Source: Patescibacteria group bacterium (GTDB lineage: Bacteria > Patescibacteriota > Kazan-3B-28). From it: a stretch of 64,000 nucleotides of DNA. The notes under the pieces were generated by a model. It saw only the letters and a program-made list of their open reading frames with translations, did not search any database and was not told where the DNA came from. The DNA lies in contig JAQUNP010000001.1 in assembly GCA_028717565.1 (NCBI GenBank), forward strand, positions 112,997-176,996, read 5' to 3'. This document shows, piece by piece, positions 49,627 to 62,000 of this stretch. The first letter of the stretch is position 1; every line of letters begins with the position of its first letter. A program made the position numbers and the translations under genes.

Positions 49627-51093
49627 TTGCCCATTTTGATGCAACCGAATCACAATACCCCGCAGCACTACTTGGAAATGGCCGTTGCCATTGTGGCGGT
49701 GGTAGTGATTGGTGCTTTTGGCGTGTTGAATAATTTTCACACACACGCTGCGACCACTTTAACAACTGACGAGCAGACCAGAGTGGACGAATATCTGGCT
49801 CGGTTGTGGTTGGAAGAGAATGGTGACACGTATGCCAATGAGCTGACCCAAATTGATCTGGACTATGTTGCCGCCGTACAGGAAATTATGTCCCAAGAGC
49901 CCACCCCAACCCTCGACGAGGACATCTTGGCCAAAGCCACCAGATCGGATGCGGCCGAGTTTGTGTATGCTTTGTTCGGGACGACTGGTTATGATGCCGC
50001 GGATGATACCACTATGTCCGAGACCGGTTTCACAACCGATACCAAAATTATTACCGAGGTAGTTGGGGCCTTGTCTCTCAACAGCGAGACCTATTCGCCT
50101 GGTGCCCTTTTGGCCACCGCTGCAAGTTACGCCGACCCAGAGTTTGACGGCCGCACCTTTTCTAGCGAAGAGGTGGAATCTATGACGGAACTGGCTAGTA
50201 ATTTTGCCGAGGAACAAAATCTCCCAGAGCTAATCAACGATGTCAATATGTGGCTCAGTGAAAAATCGGCTCCGCCAAGCAAAAGTTGGTGGCAAAGATT
50301 CATCGATTGGATCAAGGGCTTATTTAAGCCAGCTGAGGCACAGGCCCTTATCGCAGCCATGTTGCCAATCGTGGGGCAGATTCAACAAAGTTTGGTGAGC
50401 TATTTGCAAGCCAACCCGGGTCTTATGTCCACTTCGTCCGGGCAAAGCTGGACCTGGGGAAAGCCAGAGGCACTAAATGAACAAGAACAAGCTTTAGTAG
50501 ACGAGCTGGAGTGGCTGAATGAACGTTTGAAATTAAATGAGGAGGCACTGGCCAAAGCCGAAAAGGAGGGTAAGAAAGTCACGGCCGCTATTCATAGACG
50601 AGCCATTCAGCTGATAAAAGAGAAGATGTTAGGCGTCATGCAGAAATTAAATGAGCTACGAAGAAAGGCCAAAGCTATTCGCGATGCCAAAGTGGCTCGA
50701 GACGAACAGGAGCGTAAAGCTGCCGAGCGGGCCAGTCAACGTAGCCGCCGATCACAAAGTGATGGTCAAAAGGCCTACGAGGAGGCCAAGAGTAAGGCCA
50801 ATAAACCGCCCACTTATGACGAATGGCTGGACAAACTAGCAGAGCTCTTGGGAGGAGATGATATAAAACCACGAAAGCCCATGCCTGAGCCAGAGCCGTT
50901 ACCAATCAGCCCACCAGGGCTGGGTGAACCCTCGATTCCGGGTCTGGACAATCCGCTCATTCCGAGCGCACCGGAGCCGAATGAAAATATTACTATCCCA
51001 CCGATTGAGCCGGAACCAGCCGAGCCAGTCATACCCACCCCTACCCCTCTACTCAATGAGTCACTAGAACCAGGACTAAATACCAGTAACTGA
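49627..51093 (+). CDS. Membrane-anchored coiled-coil protein with a Pro-rich tail (paralog 2)
   Basis: TM MAVAIVAVVVIGAF, acidic region, coiled coil, tail ...KPPTYDEWLDKL...PMPEPEPLPISPPGLG.... Same architecture and motifs as the preceding gene. Confidence 0.55.
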   Translation: MPILMQPNHNTPQHYLEMAVAIVAVVVIGAFGVLNNFHTHAATTLTTDEQTRVDEYLARLWLEENGDTYANELTQIDLDYVAAVQEIMSQEPTPTLDEDILAKATRSDAAEFVYALFGTTGYDAADDTTMSETGFTTDTKIITEVVGALSLNSETYSPGALLATAASYADPEFDGRTFSSEEVESMTELASNFAEEQNLPELINDVNMWLSEKSAPPSKSWWQRFIDWIKGLFKPAEAQALIAAMLPIVGQIQQSLVSYLQANPGLMSTSSGQSWTWGKPEALNEQEQALVDELEWLNERLKLNEEALAKAEKEGKKVTAAIHRRAIQLIKEKMLGVMQKLNELRRKAKAIRDAKVARDEQERKAAERASQRSRRSQSDGQKAYEEAKSKANKPPTYDEWLDKLAELLGGDDIKPRKPMPEPEPLPISPPGLGEPSIPGLDNPLIPSAPEPNENITIPPIEPEPAEPVIPTPTPLLNESLEPGLNTSN

Positions 51094-51108
51094 TAGAGCC
51101 ATCGGATT

Positions 51109-52617
51109 ATGCCATTAGCCAAAATCAAAAGCGCATCAGTAGTTGGATTGGATGCGACCCTAGTAGACGTGGAGGCAGACATCAGCAATGGACTGCCGAC
51201 TTTTAAAATAGTTGGGTTGCCAGACAAGGCAGTGGAAGAATCTAGAGAACGAGTGCGTTCAGCTATCAAGAATTCGGGGCTCACCATGCCTACACGTCGA
51301 CTAACTATCAATCTAGCTCCGGCCGATGTCAAAAAGATTGGCCCGGCTTACGATTTGCCAATAGCTGTTGGTTTGCTAGTAGCTTCCAAACAAATTGAAC
51401 TAGACAGTGACAAGTGTTTCTTTATTGGAGAGTTGGCTCTAGATGGGACCTTGCGTCATACCAATGGCATCATTGCCATGGTCAACATGGCAAAACGGCA
51501 TGGTTTTGAAACCGCCTACATTCCTCTGGCCAACGCTCGGGAAGGAGCCCTGATAGACAACATTGAAATAATTCCGGTCGACAGTTTGTTAAATCTAGTG
51601 TTGCACTTAAAAAGAGAAAAAATTATTCTACCGTGTCCGCATGAGACCTTGCCCCAATCTACCCATATCTATGACACTGACATGAGCCAGATCGCAGGCC
51701 AAGAACAAGCCAAGCGAGCTCTCGAAATAGCAGCCGCTGGTGGACACAACCTATTGATGACCGGTCCGCCAGGTAGTGGTAAAACCATGTTGGCCAAGGC
51801 CCTCCCCAGCATCTTGCCCAAAATGACTCTCGAGGAAATGCTAAGTGTCACCCACATCTATAGTGTGGCCAACTTGTTAAAAGATAGGCATTTGGTCTCG
51901 ACTCGACCTTTTAGAAGCCCACATCATACCGCCTCATATGTCGCATTGGTAGGCGGTGGCAACATTCCTCAACCGGGTGAAATTACCTTGGCGCACAGGG
52001 GGGTTTTGTTTTTAGACGAGTTACCAGAGTTCCCGCGCCAAGTCCTGGAAGTTTTACGCCAACCGCTAGAGGATGGGGTGGTACATATCGCCAGAAGTGC
52101 CGGCAAGCTTACTTTCCCTGCTCGCTTTATGTTGATAGCAGCGAAAAACCCCTGCCCCTGTGGTTATTTTGGCGACGAACAAAAATCTTGCTCTTGCAGT
52201 GCGGGACAGATAGAAAACTACAACAAAAAGATTTCGGGACCACTTTTGGACAGAATCGACATTCATATTGAAGTACCCAGAATCGAATACGAAAAATTGA
52301 AGAACTTCGAACCCCAGGAGTCCTCTGATGTGATTAGGCAACGAGTAGAAAATGCACGAAATATCCAAATTCAACGCTTTGCTGATAGCGCCAGTTTGAC
52401 CAACAGTGATATGAGAACTGAAGAGTTGAAAAGTTTCTGTGTCCTCGATGATGAGGGCGAAGCTTTAATGTCTCAAGCCATGGAGAGCTATCAGCTCTCA
52501 CCTAGAAGCTACACTCGCATACTTAAAATCTCCCGCACAATTGCAGATTTGAATAATTCGCCAATGATAAAACCGCATCACCTCGCCGAGGCGATTCGGT
52601 ATAAGGTAGCCGATTAA
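51109..52617 (+). CDS. comM: YifB/ComM family Mg-chelatase-like AAA+ ATPase
   Basis: Lon-like N-domain, Walker A GPPGSGKT, and a C-terminal Mg_chelatase_C-like region. 502 aa. Confidence 0.9.
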   Translation: MPLAKIKSASVVGLDATLVDVEADISNGLPTFKIVGLPDKAVEESRERVRSAIKNSGLTMPTRRLTINLAPADVKKIGPAYDLPIAVGLLVASKQIELDSDKCFFIGELALDGTLRHTNGIIAMVNMAKRHGFETAYIPLANAREGALIDNIEIIPVDSLLNLVLHLKREKIILPCPHETLPQSTHIYDTDMSQIAGQEQAKRALEIAAAGGHNLLMTGPPGSGKTMLAKALPSILPKMTLEEMLSVTHIYSVANLLKDRHLVSTRPFRSPHHTASYVALVGGGNIPQPGEITLAHRGVLFLDELPEFPRQVLEVLRQPLEDGVVHIARSAGKLTFPARFMLIAAKNPCPCGYFGDEQKSCSCSAGQIENYNKKISGPLLDRIDIHIEVPRIEYEKLKNFEPQESSDVIRQRVENARNIQIQRFADSASLTNSDMRTEELKSFCVLDDEGEALMSQAMESYQLSPRSYTRILKISRTIADLNNSPMIKPHHLAEAIRYKVAD

Positions 52618-52901
52618 ATTCCAAACAAACCGATCAGCCAACCACCAAAGCCGGTGTGTGCCACTAGCCAGTTGAGACCAATCAAGACCGCGACCATCAC
52701 TGCGATCAAAACAATCAAGCCGATAAGATCACGACGAATCTGACTATGATCGTCCACGGCCAGATTGACATTGGCAGCAGTTGGCATAGTCGCTGTGGGT
52801 TGTATAGCTGAAAGCTCACGTCGAGAAGTATCGACGCTTTGTCCATAAAGCGCCTTCAAGCGCTCAATTTCTTTTAATCTAGCTTTGTGCTTTTTGCCCA
52901 T
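52614..52901 (-). CDS. Small protein with a C-terminal TM segment, unknown function
   Basis: ORF only. 4-bp overlap with the comM stop on the opposite strand. Confidence 0.4.
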   Translation of the reverse strand: MGKKHKARLKEIERLKALYGQSVDTSRRELSAIQPTATMPTAANVNLAVDDHSQIRRDLIGLIVLIAVMVAVLIGLNWLVAHTGFGGWLIGLFGI

Positions 52902-52932
52902 AGGTTGATTTTAACAAAAAACGAGCACATAA

Positions 52933-53049
52933 CTCTGGCGCTGACCTACTCTCCCAGACCGTTACGATCTAGTACCATCGGCGCTAAGGCGCTTGACTGC
53001 CGTGTTCGGGATGGGAACGGGTATTACCACCTTGCTACAAGCACCAGAG
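52933..53049 (-). rRNA. rrf: 5S ribosomal RNA
   Basis: Reverse complement reads ...CCCGTTCCCATCCCGAACACGGCAGTCAAGCGCCTTAGCGCCGATGGTACT...GGGAGAGTAGGTCAGCGCCAG. Confidence 0.85.
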
Positions 53050-53071
53050 CTATGGACTCGTTTTTAAGGGA

Positions 53072-53365
53072 TTATTTGGATTTATCAGTAAAGAAATCTT
53101 TGAGTTTGCGGGTATTGTCATCAACCGAAATAGCCAATAGAACGAATTCACTAACACCGAGAAAGATAATAGCATAGACAATACTCATAAATAAAATGCC
53201 GAGTGCAGACATGACCGGCGTACCAATGGTCTGGAAACCATAGGTTACCAGAATATCTGGCATAGCCATAATCACTCCACTAAGCGCAATGCCACCTAAG
53301 AAAACTAGCCAGCCAAGTAAGCGCATTGTTAAACTCAAGGTTCTCAACATCTTATATTTAGCCAT
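53072..53365 (-). CDS. Small 2-TM membrane protein encoded in the 23S-5S spacer (hypothetical)
   Basis: 97-aa ORF with two clear hydrophobic helices. Not part of the rRNA. May be spurious. Confidence 0.35.
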   Translation of the reverse strand: MAKYKMLRTLSLTMRLLGWLVFLGGIALSGVIMAMPDILVTYGFQTIGTPVMSALGILFMSIVYAIIFLGVSEFVLLAISVDDNTRKLKDFFTDKSK

Positions 53366-53569
53366 AAATTTCTTTATCCTCTCCGAGCCGGAGACCCCCG
53401 GTGATTAATTGTAATAGTACCCCGCTTAGAAATGACGTTTGCCATGTCTAACGGTAATATTATATCGCGCCTACCATTAGAGACAAACTATTTCTAACGG
53501 GGCACAGCCAACTTTTTAATTTCTTACTTCTCTTAAATCGTCGATTCAAGCCAGGCAAGGCACAAAGTC

Positions 53570-56790
<3,221 letters not shown>

Positions 56791-57409
56791 TGTGGTTAGG
56801 ATTTGTGCCTTAACGACTTGATATCGACGATTTAAGAGAATCATCTTCTTTCTACGCTCGTCAAAGTATAGAAAAAGATGAAATTTATTTGCTTTTGTAC
56901 TACTACACTAATTTTCAACGAGCGAATTGGGATTACTATTGAAATGAGTGATGCCCCGAGGCACCGAGGGGGTACCTTTAGAACTGTCCTTAAGAACAAG
57001 GAATATCCCTCAGTTCTTCGGGACAATTGCCTCTCCGGCAATTGAAAACAGGGCGTTCGCCCTGCCGGTTAAATCCGCCAGCTGGCGGACGGAAACTTAC
57101 GGACGAACCTACGTCTTAAAAAAGTTTTGCAAATACAGAGACACCAAATCGTAAACTTCGGATACTATTTGATAGAAGATTGGTTGAATCAAATGCGTGT
57201 TTTACTAAATATTCCCCAGGTATGCAAACCTTCATTTGCAACTAGTAAAAAATGTACCATATACATCTTTTACACACAAGGGAAATTTTGCCATTATTTT
57301 TTGGATACGTCAATACTCCGAGGACAAATCGGAGGTAATTGACAAAAGTAGCTCTGGGAGTATGATAAATCCACCCTTCGGGGTGAACTTATATGTGGGT
57401 AAGGAGATG

Positions 57410-57664
57410 AAAATGGACGTTGCTGCCGCAAATGATATGGCCAACATGGCCAATCAACAGTTTGCGCGGCTGCAAAGGATCCAGGGAATTCGAGATATCA
57501 ACGAGAAGGCCAGGCAGCTATTGGCATTTCTCAAGGAGCCGCAATACTTGGAGTATTCGGTTCGAAATGACATCTTGAGCTCTCTGGGGCGCCTCCTGGA
57601 GTCCCCTGGTGGGCTCGAGGAGGAGCTGCTGGACGAGATCCGGCGATCCTGGCAGCGAACGTAA
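57410..57664 (+). CDS. Small helical protein, unknown function
   Basis: RBS AAGGAG 6 nt upstream of ATGAAAATG. Start chosen inside the longer ORF 57236..57664. Followed by a strong terminator. Confidence 0.45.
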   Translation, partial: KMDVAAANDMANMANQQFARLQRIQGIRDINEKARQLLAFLKEPQYLEYSVRNDILSSLGRLLESPGGLEEELLDEIRRSWQRT

Positions 57665-57678
57665 ACTCCACCCCGACC

Positions 57679-57710
57679 AAGAGGGGGGCCTCGTGCCCCC
57701 TCTCTTTTTT
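57679..57710 (+). terminator. Rho-independent terminator
   Basis: AGAGGGGGG-cctcgtg-CCCCCTCTCT followed by TTTTTTT. Confidence 0.75.
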
Positions 57711-57732
57711 TATATTGATATACTTTATATGT

Positions 57733-58017
57733 ATGGAGGAGCTGTCGGATAGTTTGGAGAAGCTAAAAGAAAAGGTGCGGAATCCGCATCTGCATTCGGA
57801 GTTGCATTTGCTGGTGGATGAGGCGCGGACTCTTTTTGGGGAGACAGCTGTAAAAGGCAAAGGTTCTTTTGCTTTTTATTTAGGGTTTTTTAAACGGCTC
57901 GGTGTGAACCGAGTTAGGCAATTGCTGTCGGAAGTGAAACAAAGTGGAGCAAAAGAGCCAGGGCGACTCTTCTGGTACCTTGTGTCCAAAGAGTCGAACA
58001 CTGATTCGGAGAATTAG
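57733..58017 (+). CDS. Small protein, unknown function
   Basis: ORF 57715..58017. Start probably at MEELSDSLEKL. Confidence 0.4.
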   Translation: MEELSDSLEKLKEKVRNPHLHSELHLLVDEARTLFGETAVKGKGSFAFYLGFFKRLGVNRVRQLLSEVKQSGAKEPGRLFWYLVSKESNTDSEN

Positions 58018-58298
58018 TTTTAAGTTGTGAGTCGAAGACCCGAAGGGTCGTAGATCCCGGTTTACCGGGAGTGGAAAGTTAAAAATGAAGGGGGTTCCCC
58101 TTCAACCCCTTCCAAACGCTGGCTGGCGTTTGATCCAGCCCACCTTTTTGGGTGTGCAAAAAGGTGGAGAAAAACACACCCCGGTCGCGATTAGTCAAAG
58201 GCACATGGAATTTATTTTTGTCTGACAAAGCAGCAAACTCTCCGCCAGCCGGCGGATCAAACATGCCTTAGTCAGAACTAAAGCTAAATTCTCATTGC

Positions 58299-59198
58299 CT
58301 AATGTCTAATCTCTCCAACGGGGACCACTGGATAATCCCTCTCGACTGCGGCTTGTATAATGCTCTCTGAACGCTGCACTAGCTCCTCCATCTCATCCAT
58401 TAGTTCAACAATGTCTGCCTTGTAATGATAAATTTTGAATACTGTTGGGGGAGAAAATTGTAAATCAGGGAACTTATTGGGAACCTCACCTTTGCACTGA
58501 AGACAACCAACTCCTCTGGCATAATCCTCCCAATGCGCCAAAATATCACGTATGTCCTTGTAATCAAATTTGGATTTAATACTCTTAACCGTTTCTTCAA
58601 TAACATTGTCTTTGTAACCGTTAGCAATCTCTTCACACACCGTCATTAATTCTGCGACTCCAAAAGTCAACAAGACCCAGCGACCTAACGGATGGGGCAA
58701 TTTCCGCAATGAGTCAACCAGCTCTGAGTCCAAGGGCGCTTGCTTAAAAGCATCCTTCAGTTTGTCTAAATCCTTAGCCAGTTCTCGAAGTAATTCGAGC
58801 GTAAAACGAAACTGATGCAACATACTTTGTAAATACAATGAATCTATTGGAAGTTTGTTAGAGCCCATAACATTAACCCCACATCTTTCTCTTACCTCGT
58901 CTGCAATAACTCCACGCATATCACTATTACTAACTAGTTGGAGGTTTTGCTGTATGTATTTTTTTGCTTTTTCAATGCGCTTTGTCTCCCGGGAAATATC
59001 TTCATAGCTTCCCAAGATATCTCCAATTCCAGATCTTATATTATGATAAATCTGTTTGCCATAAGATACCCCTACAAGGCCGGCAAATTTCTTAGTCGAC
59101 TCCTCTAAATCAGACAATTTGGGGATAGGATAACGCACAAAAATACGACGCCTTTTGGGCAAAAAGTTTTTCCAATTCCTTGGTAATGTTTCGGCCAT
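58299..59198 (-). CDS. Hypothetical alpha-helical protein carrying an R-x4-H (HEPN-like) motif
   Basis: ...FDYKDIRDILAHWEDY... contains R-D-I-L-A-H. No other recognisable domain. 5' end overlaps the upstream ORF by 94 nt. Confidence 0.45.
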   Translation of the reverse strand: MAETLPRNWKNFLPKRRRIFVRYPIPKLSDLEESTKKFAGLVGVSYGKQIYHNIRSGIGDILGSYEDISRETKRIEKAKKYIQQNLQLVSNSDMRGVIADEVRERCGVNVMGSNKLPIDSLYLQSMLHQFRFTLELLRELAKDLDKLKDAFKQAPLDSELVDSLRKLPHPLGRWVLLTFGVAELMTVCEEIANGYKDNVIEETVKSIKSKFDYKDIRDILAHWEDYARGVGCLQCKGEVPNKFPDLQFSPPTVFKIYHYKADIVELMDEMEELVQRSESIIQAAVERDYPVVPVGEIRH

Positions 59199-59638
59199 AT
59201 CTTGGTCGAGTTATAGGTTAGTTTGTAGAGTTCCTTGCCTTCGCTTGTGATGGTTTCGGTGCCTTGGAAATTTAATTCGTCGCCGGCGCCGGTGCATTTA
59301 TATTGGAAGTTGTCTTTTTGCCAGTCGACTTGCTCGCTGGTGCGGGCGGTTTTGGCGTTTTCGATTAGGGCTGGGCGGAGGACAGAGTCGATTTCTTCTT
59401 CGGTCATTGTGCCCCAGTCGCCGTGATAGACCATAGACCAAACAACTTTGCCTTGGTGATAGATTGTTTCTATACCCAAAAAGGTATGTTCGCCGGTGTA
59501 GTAGACATCTCTATATAGATATTCACCATCGCTGAATTCCAATTGGGTGGAGCCATGCAAAAGTGGCTCGACTTTACCTCCCCCACTGGCATAGGTATTG
59601 GTTCTGGCTTTGATTAAAAAATTTATTATTTCTTCCAT
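59105..59638 (-). CDS. Hypothetical protein (N-terminal ...FLIKARTNTYASGGG...)
   Basis: ORF only. 3' end overlaps the downstream ORF by 94 nt in another frame. Confidence 0.45.
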   Translation of the reverse strand: MEEIINFLIKARTNTYASGGGKVEPLLHGSTQLEFSDGEYLYRDVYYTGEHTFLGIETIYHQGKVVWSMVYHGDWGTMTEEEIDSVLRPALIENAKTARTSEQVDWQKDNFQYKCTGAGDELNFQGTETITSEGKELYKLTYNSTKIWPKHYQGIGKTFCPKGVVFLCVILSPNCLI

Positions 59639-59642
59639 AAAA

Positions 59643-60197
59643 TTATTCTAAATGGCTGGCGTCGTTGTCTAATTCTATCTCGACCTTTCCATCTTTATCG
59701 ACCTGGAAGATGGTGATGCTAGTGTTGAGCAAAACAGGAGTGTCGTCGAACTCTTTCTCCTCGAGCACGGCGATAATGTTCCTGTTCATGCCAGCATGTC
59801 CAACCAATAAAACCGTGTCATTCGGGTGTTGGGCAATAACCTTCTTTATAAATTGACTAGCTCGATTTCGGATATCTACTATGCTTTCAATACTAGGATC
59901 GTCAAACCCACATCCGCTCTTTTGTTTCCCTGCGAACTTGCCCAGATCTCTTTCACGAAGTTCTTTAGTCAATTCAAACGGGACTTCAGGATGATACTTG
60001 ACGATCTCTTGTGCAGTATCAGCGGCTCGAGCTAAATCGGATGAGTAAATGTAATCTATCTCTTCATCCTTCAATCTCAGAGCAAGTTTTTTGGCTTGTT
60101 CAATCCCAAGTTCAGACAATGTGCCGGGTATTTGCCCTTGTAAAATTCCTGCCTTGTTCTCTTCTGTCTCACCGTGGCGAGTGATAATTAATTTCAT
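59643..60197 (-). CDS. Histidine phosphatase family protein (phosphoglycerate-mutase-like)
   Basis: ITRHGETEEN ... catalytic RHG at the N-terminus, and a later LLVGHAG motif. Confidence 0.8.
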   Translation of the reverse strand: MKLIITRHGETEENKAGILQGQIPGTLSELGIEQAKKLALRLKDEEIDYIYSSDLARAADTAQEIVKYHPEVPFELTKELRERDLGKFAGKQKSGCGFDDPSIESIVDIRNRASQFIKKVIAQHPNDTVLLVGHAGMNRNIIAVLEEKEFDDTPVLLNTSITIFQVDKDGKVEIELDNDASHLE

Positions 60198-60670
60198 TTC
60201 TTCTTTGGTTTGAATTGGTAAACATTGTAGGTGTGTACTCCACCGAAGCTTTTGATGTTGGCCTGGGAGGGAGTGTTATCAGGTCTGATGTAGACAAGGA
60301 TTTTTGCTAATTTATACTTAGCCAGTTGTTTTAATCGAGTATCAGTCAATGCGCGACCAATGCCTTGTCTACGATATCGTGGCTCCACCCAGATTGCATC
60401 TAGGCTGGCAGTCTTCTTTTTGGTATGTTCACTTTTCTTTATTGAGACTACCGAAAAACCTACTGGCCTCCCTTCTACCTCGGCAATGAAGAAAAGGAAA
60501 TTTTTGTCTTTGATATACCCCGGTATTTGTCGTAAAAGTTCAGCCCGAGACGGTACGGGATTCAAAGGATTATAACGATGCTCGAACACATCCAGCTTCC
60601 GACGTAAATCGACTATCGTCTTGATATCTTTTGGCGTGGCTTTACGAATTGTAAAATTTATCTTTTTCAT
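60194..60670 (-). CDS. GNAT family N-acetyltransferase
   Basis: Acetyl-CoA binding motif RRQGIGRAL. 4-bp overlap with the upstream gene. Confidence 0.8.
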   Translation of the reverse strand: MKKINFTIRKATPKDIKTIVDLRRKLDVFEHRYNPLNPVPSRAELLRQIPGYIKDKNFLFFIAEVEGRPVGFSVVSIKKSEHTKKKTASLDAIWVEPRYRRQGIGRALTDTRLKQLAKYKLAKILVYIRPDNTPSQANIKSFGGVHTYNVYQFKPKKK

Positions 60671-60760
60671 CCCATTAGAAATTTTTGCTATGCCTATTAA
60701 CTGACACCTTGATTATCACATTTGTCAGCCCGTTTTCTAAATTTCTAACGGGACAAGTGC

Positions 60761-61402
60761 CTAGATTATAGCACTCCTTAGTTCGTCTATAGTGTGGACA
60801 ATAAAATCCGGATGGGTGGATTCTAACTTAGCTTCAGTATCGTACCCCCAGGTGACGGCAACGCTTGTGATATTTGCCTTCTTGGCGGCATCAACTTCAT
60901 GGCCACTGTCGCCAACCAAAAATGTGTTGGTGGGATCTAAAGAATATTTTTCCACTAGTTCACATACCCCTTCCCTCTTGTCATGGACACCGACTGATAC
61001 TTCATCGAACACGTTATCTAGCCCGTAATTGGTTACTTCAGGAAAAATTGTCTCGGGCCAGTCGGAGCTGATGACCGCCAGAAAATAGCCCTGGTCTTTT
61101 AGCCCTTTGATGAAATCTACTATACCGGGAAAGGGTGAGGATTTAGGACAATCCGCTTCACCCATGATCTGTCTGTATAATCTCTGCTCTTCTTCAATGG
61201 TCAGCTCTGGCAAATACTTATTGAAAAAGAGCATGTACGGCTGCTCCCAGTTGTCTTTTAGTTCCTCCAAAGAGATGGCAGACACACCAAAATGCGCGAA
61301 CATTTTGTTCACCACCCAAAGTTGGGTTGTGAGCGCATCTTTGATGACACCGGACCAATCAAAAATGACCGCTTTGGCTTTTTTTGCCTCCTCCATGTCC
61401 AA
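60761..61402 (-). CDS. HAD-superfamily hydrolase (phosphatase-like)
   Basis: Motif I VIFDWSGV(I), plus a ...LVGDSGHEVDAAKKANI... motif III/IV region. Confidence 0.8.
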   Translation of the reverse strand: MDMEEAKKAKAVIFDWSGVIKDALTTQLWVVNKMFAHFGVSAISLEELKDNWEQPYMLFFNKYLPELTIEEEQRLYRQIMGEADCPKSSPFPGIVDFIKGLKDQGYFLAVISSDWPETIFPEVTNYGLDNVFDEVSVGVHDKREGVCELVEKYSLDPTNTFLVGDSGHEVDAAKKANITSVAVTWGYDTEAKLESTHPDFIVHTIDELRSAII

Positions 61403-61486
61403 ATTGTAGCATTTTTCTCCACTAGTCGGTGGAGGCTAAAAGATGAGCTATCGAATTTTGCTTGACTGGGAGCTGATTTTAGGACT

Positions 61487-61846
61487 ATGCTGCGAACATC
61501 AACTGTACCGGAGCGTAAAGCTATGGCAACAAAAATCAGTATCAAGATTCCTCGTCTCTCGTCTGTGCTGACCCTGATTGCCTGTGAGGCAAGTGCCCCC
61601 TGCCGACAAGCAGGATCTATAGCAGCCGAGTTCGACCTGTGGGACGGCAGAACAGTTCGAGGTAGCTACGACCACGTAGCGGGAGCACCCGATCTGGACG
61701 TTCCTTACCCTTGCGGGGATTGGGATGCCTGGGTCAAGCAACTTATCCCATTCGTAACCAAGCTGGTGGAGGAAAATGTTCCTTTCACTGTCTCAATGGG
61801 TACACAGGATGAAGCCAAGCGCCTGCGCTGGGAGATAGTCTCTTAG
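61487..61846 (+). CDS. Hypothetical protein in a GC-rich island
   Basis: ORF only. Local GC is about 58 % against about 45 % in flanking DNA. GC-rich hairpin and A/T tract downstream. Confidence 0.4.
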   Translation: MLRTSTVPERKAMATKISIKIPRLSSVLTLIACEASAPCRQAGSIAAEFDLWDGRTVRGSYDHVAGAPDLDVPYPCGDWDAWVKQLIPFVTKLVEENVPFTVSMGTQDEAKRLRWEIVS

Positions 61847-62000
61847 TTACCTCCCAGACCCAGGCACCAAGTTAGTCAGCCGGCCCAGGTACCCCCTGCG
61901 GCCGGCATTTTAGATCGCTGCCAAAAACATTGACCGGAAGCGGGTTTTATATTACGCTCTCGGCAGGAAATTGTACCACCTCTTTAAGGAGGGGTGAGAA

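Noticed and set aside
52887-53177. Plus-strand 96-aa ORF
   Set aside because: It overlaps the 5S rRNA gene on the opposite strand and has no RBS, so it is spurious.
56800-57230. Possible 16S rRNA or spacer tRNAs upstream of the 23S
   Set aside because: There are no 16S signature sequences and no GGTTCGAATCC-type T-arms on either strand. The region is AT-rich leader sequence only.
58018-58298. tmRNA or SRP RNA in the hairpin-rich region
   Set aside because: I could not find the tRNA-like acceptor/T-arm pairing or a resume codon for tmRNA, nor the GGAAGGAAGCAGC-type domain IV motif for SRP RNA. The region is left as an unclassified structured region.
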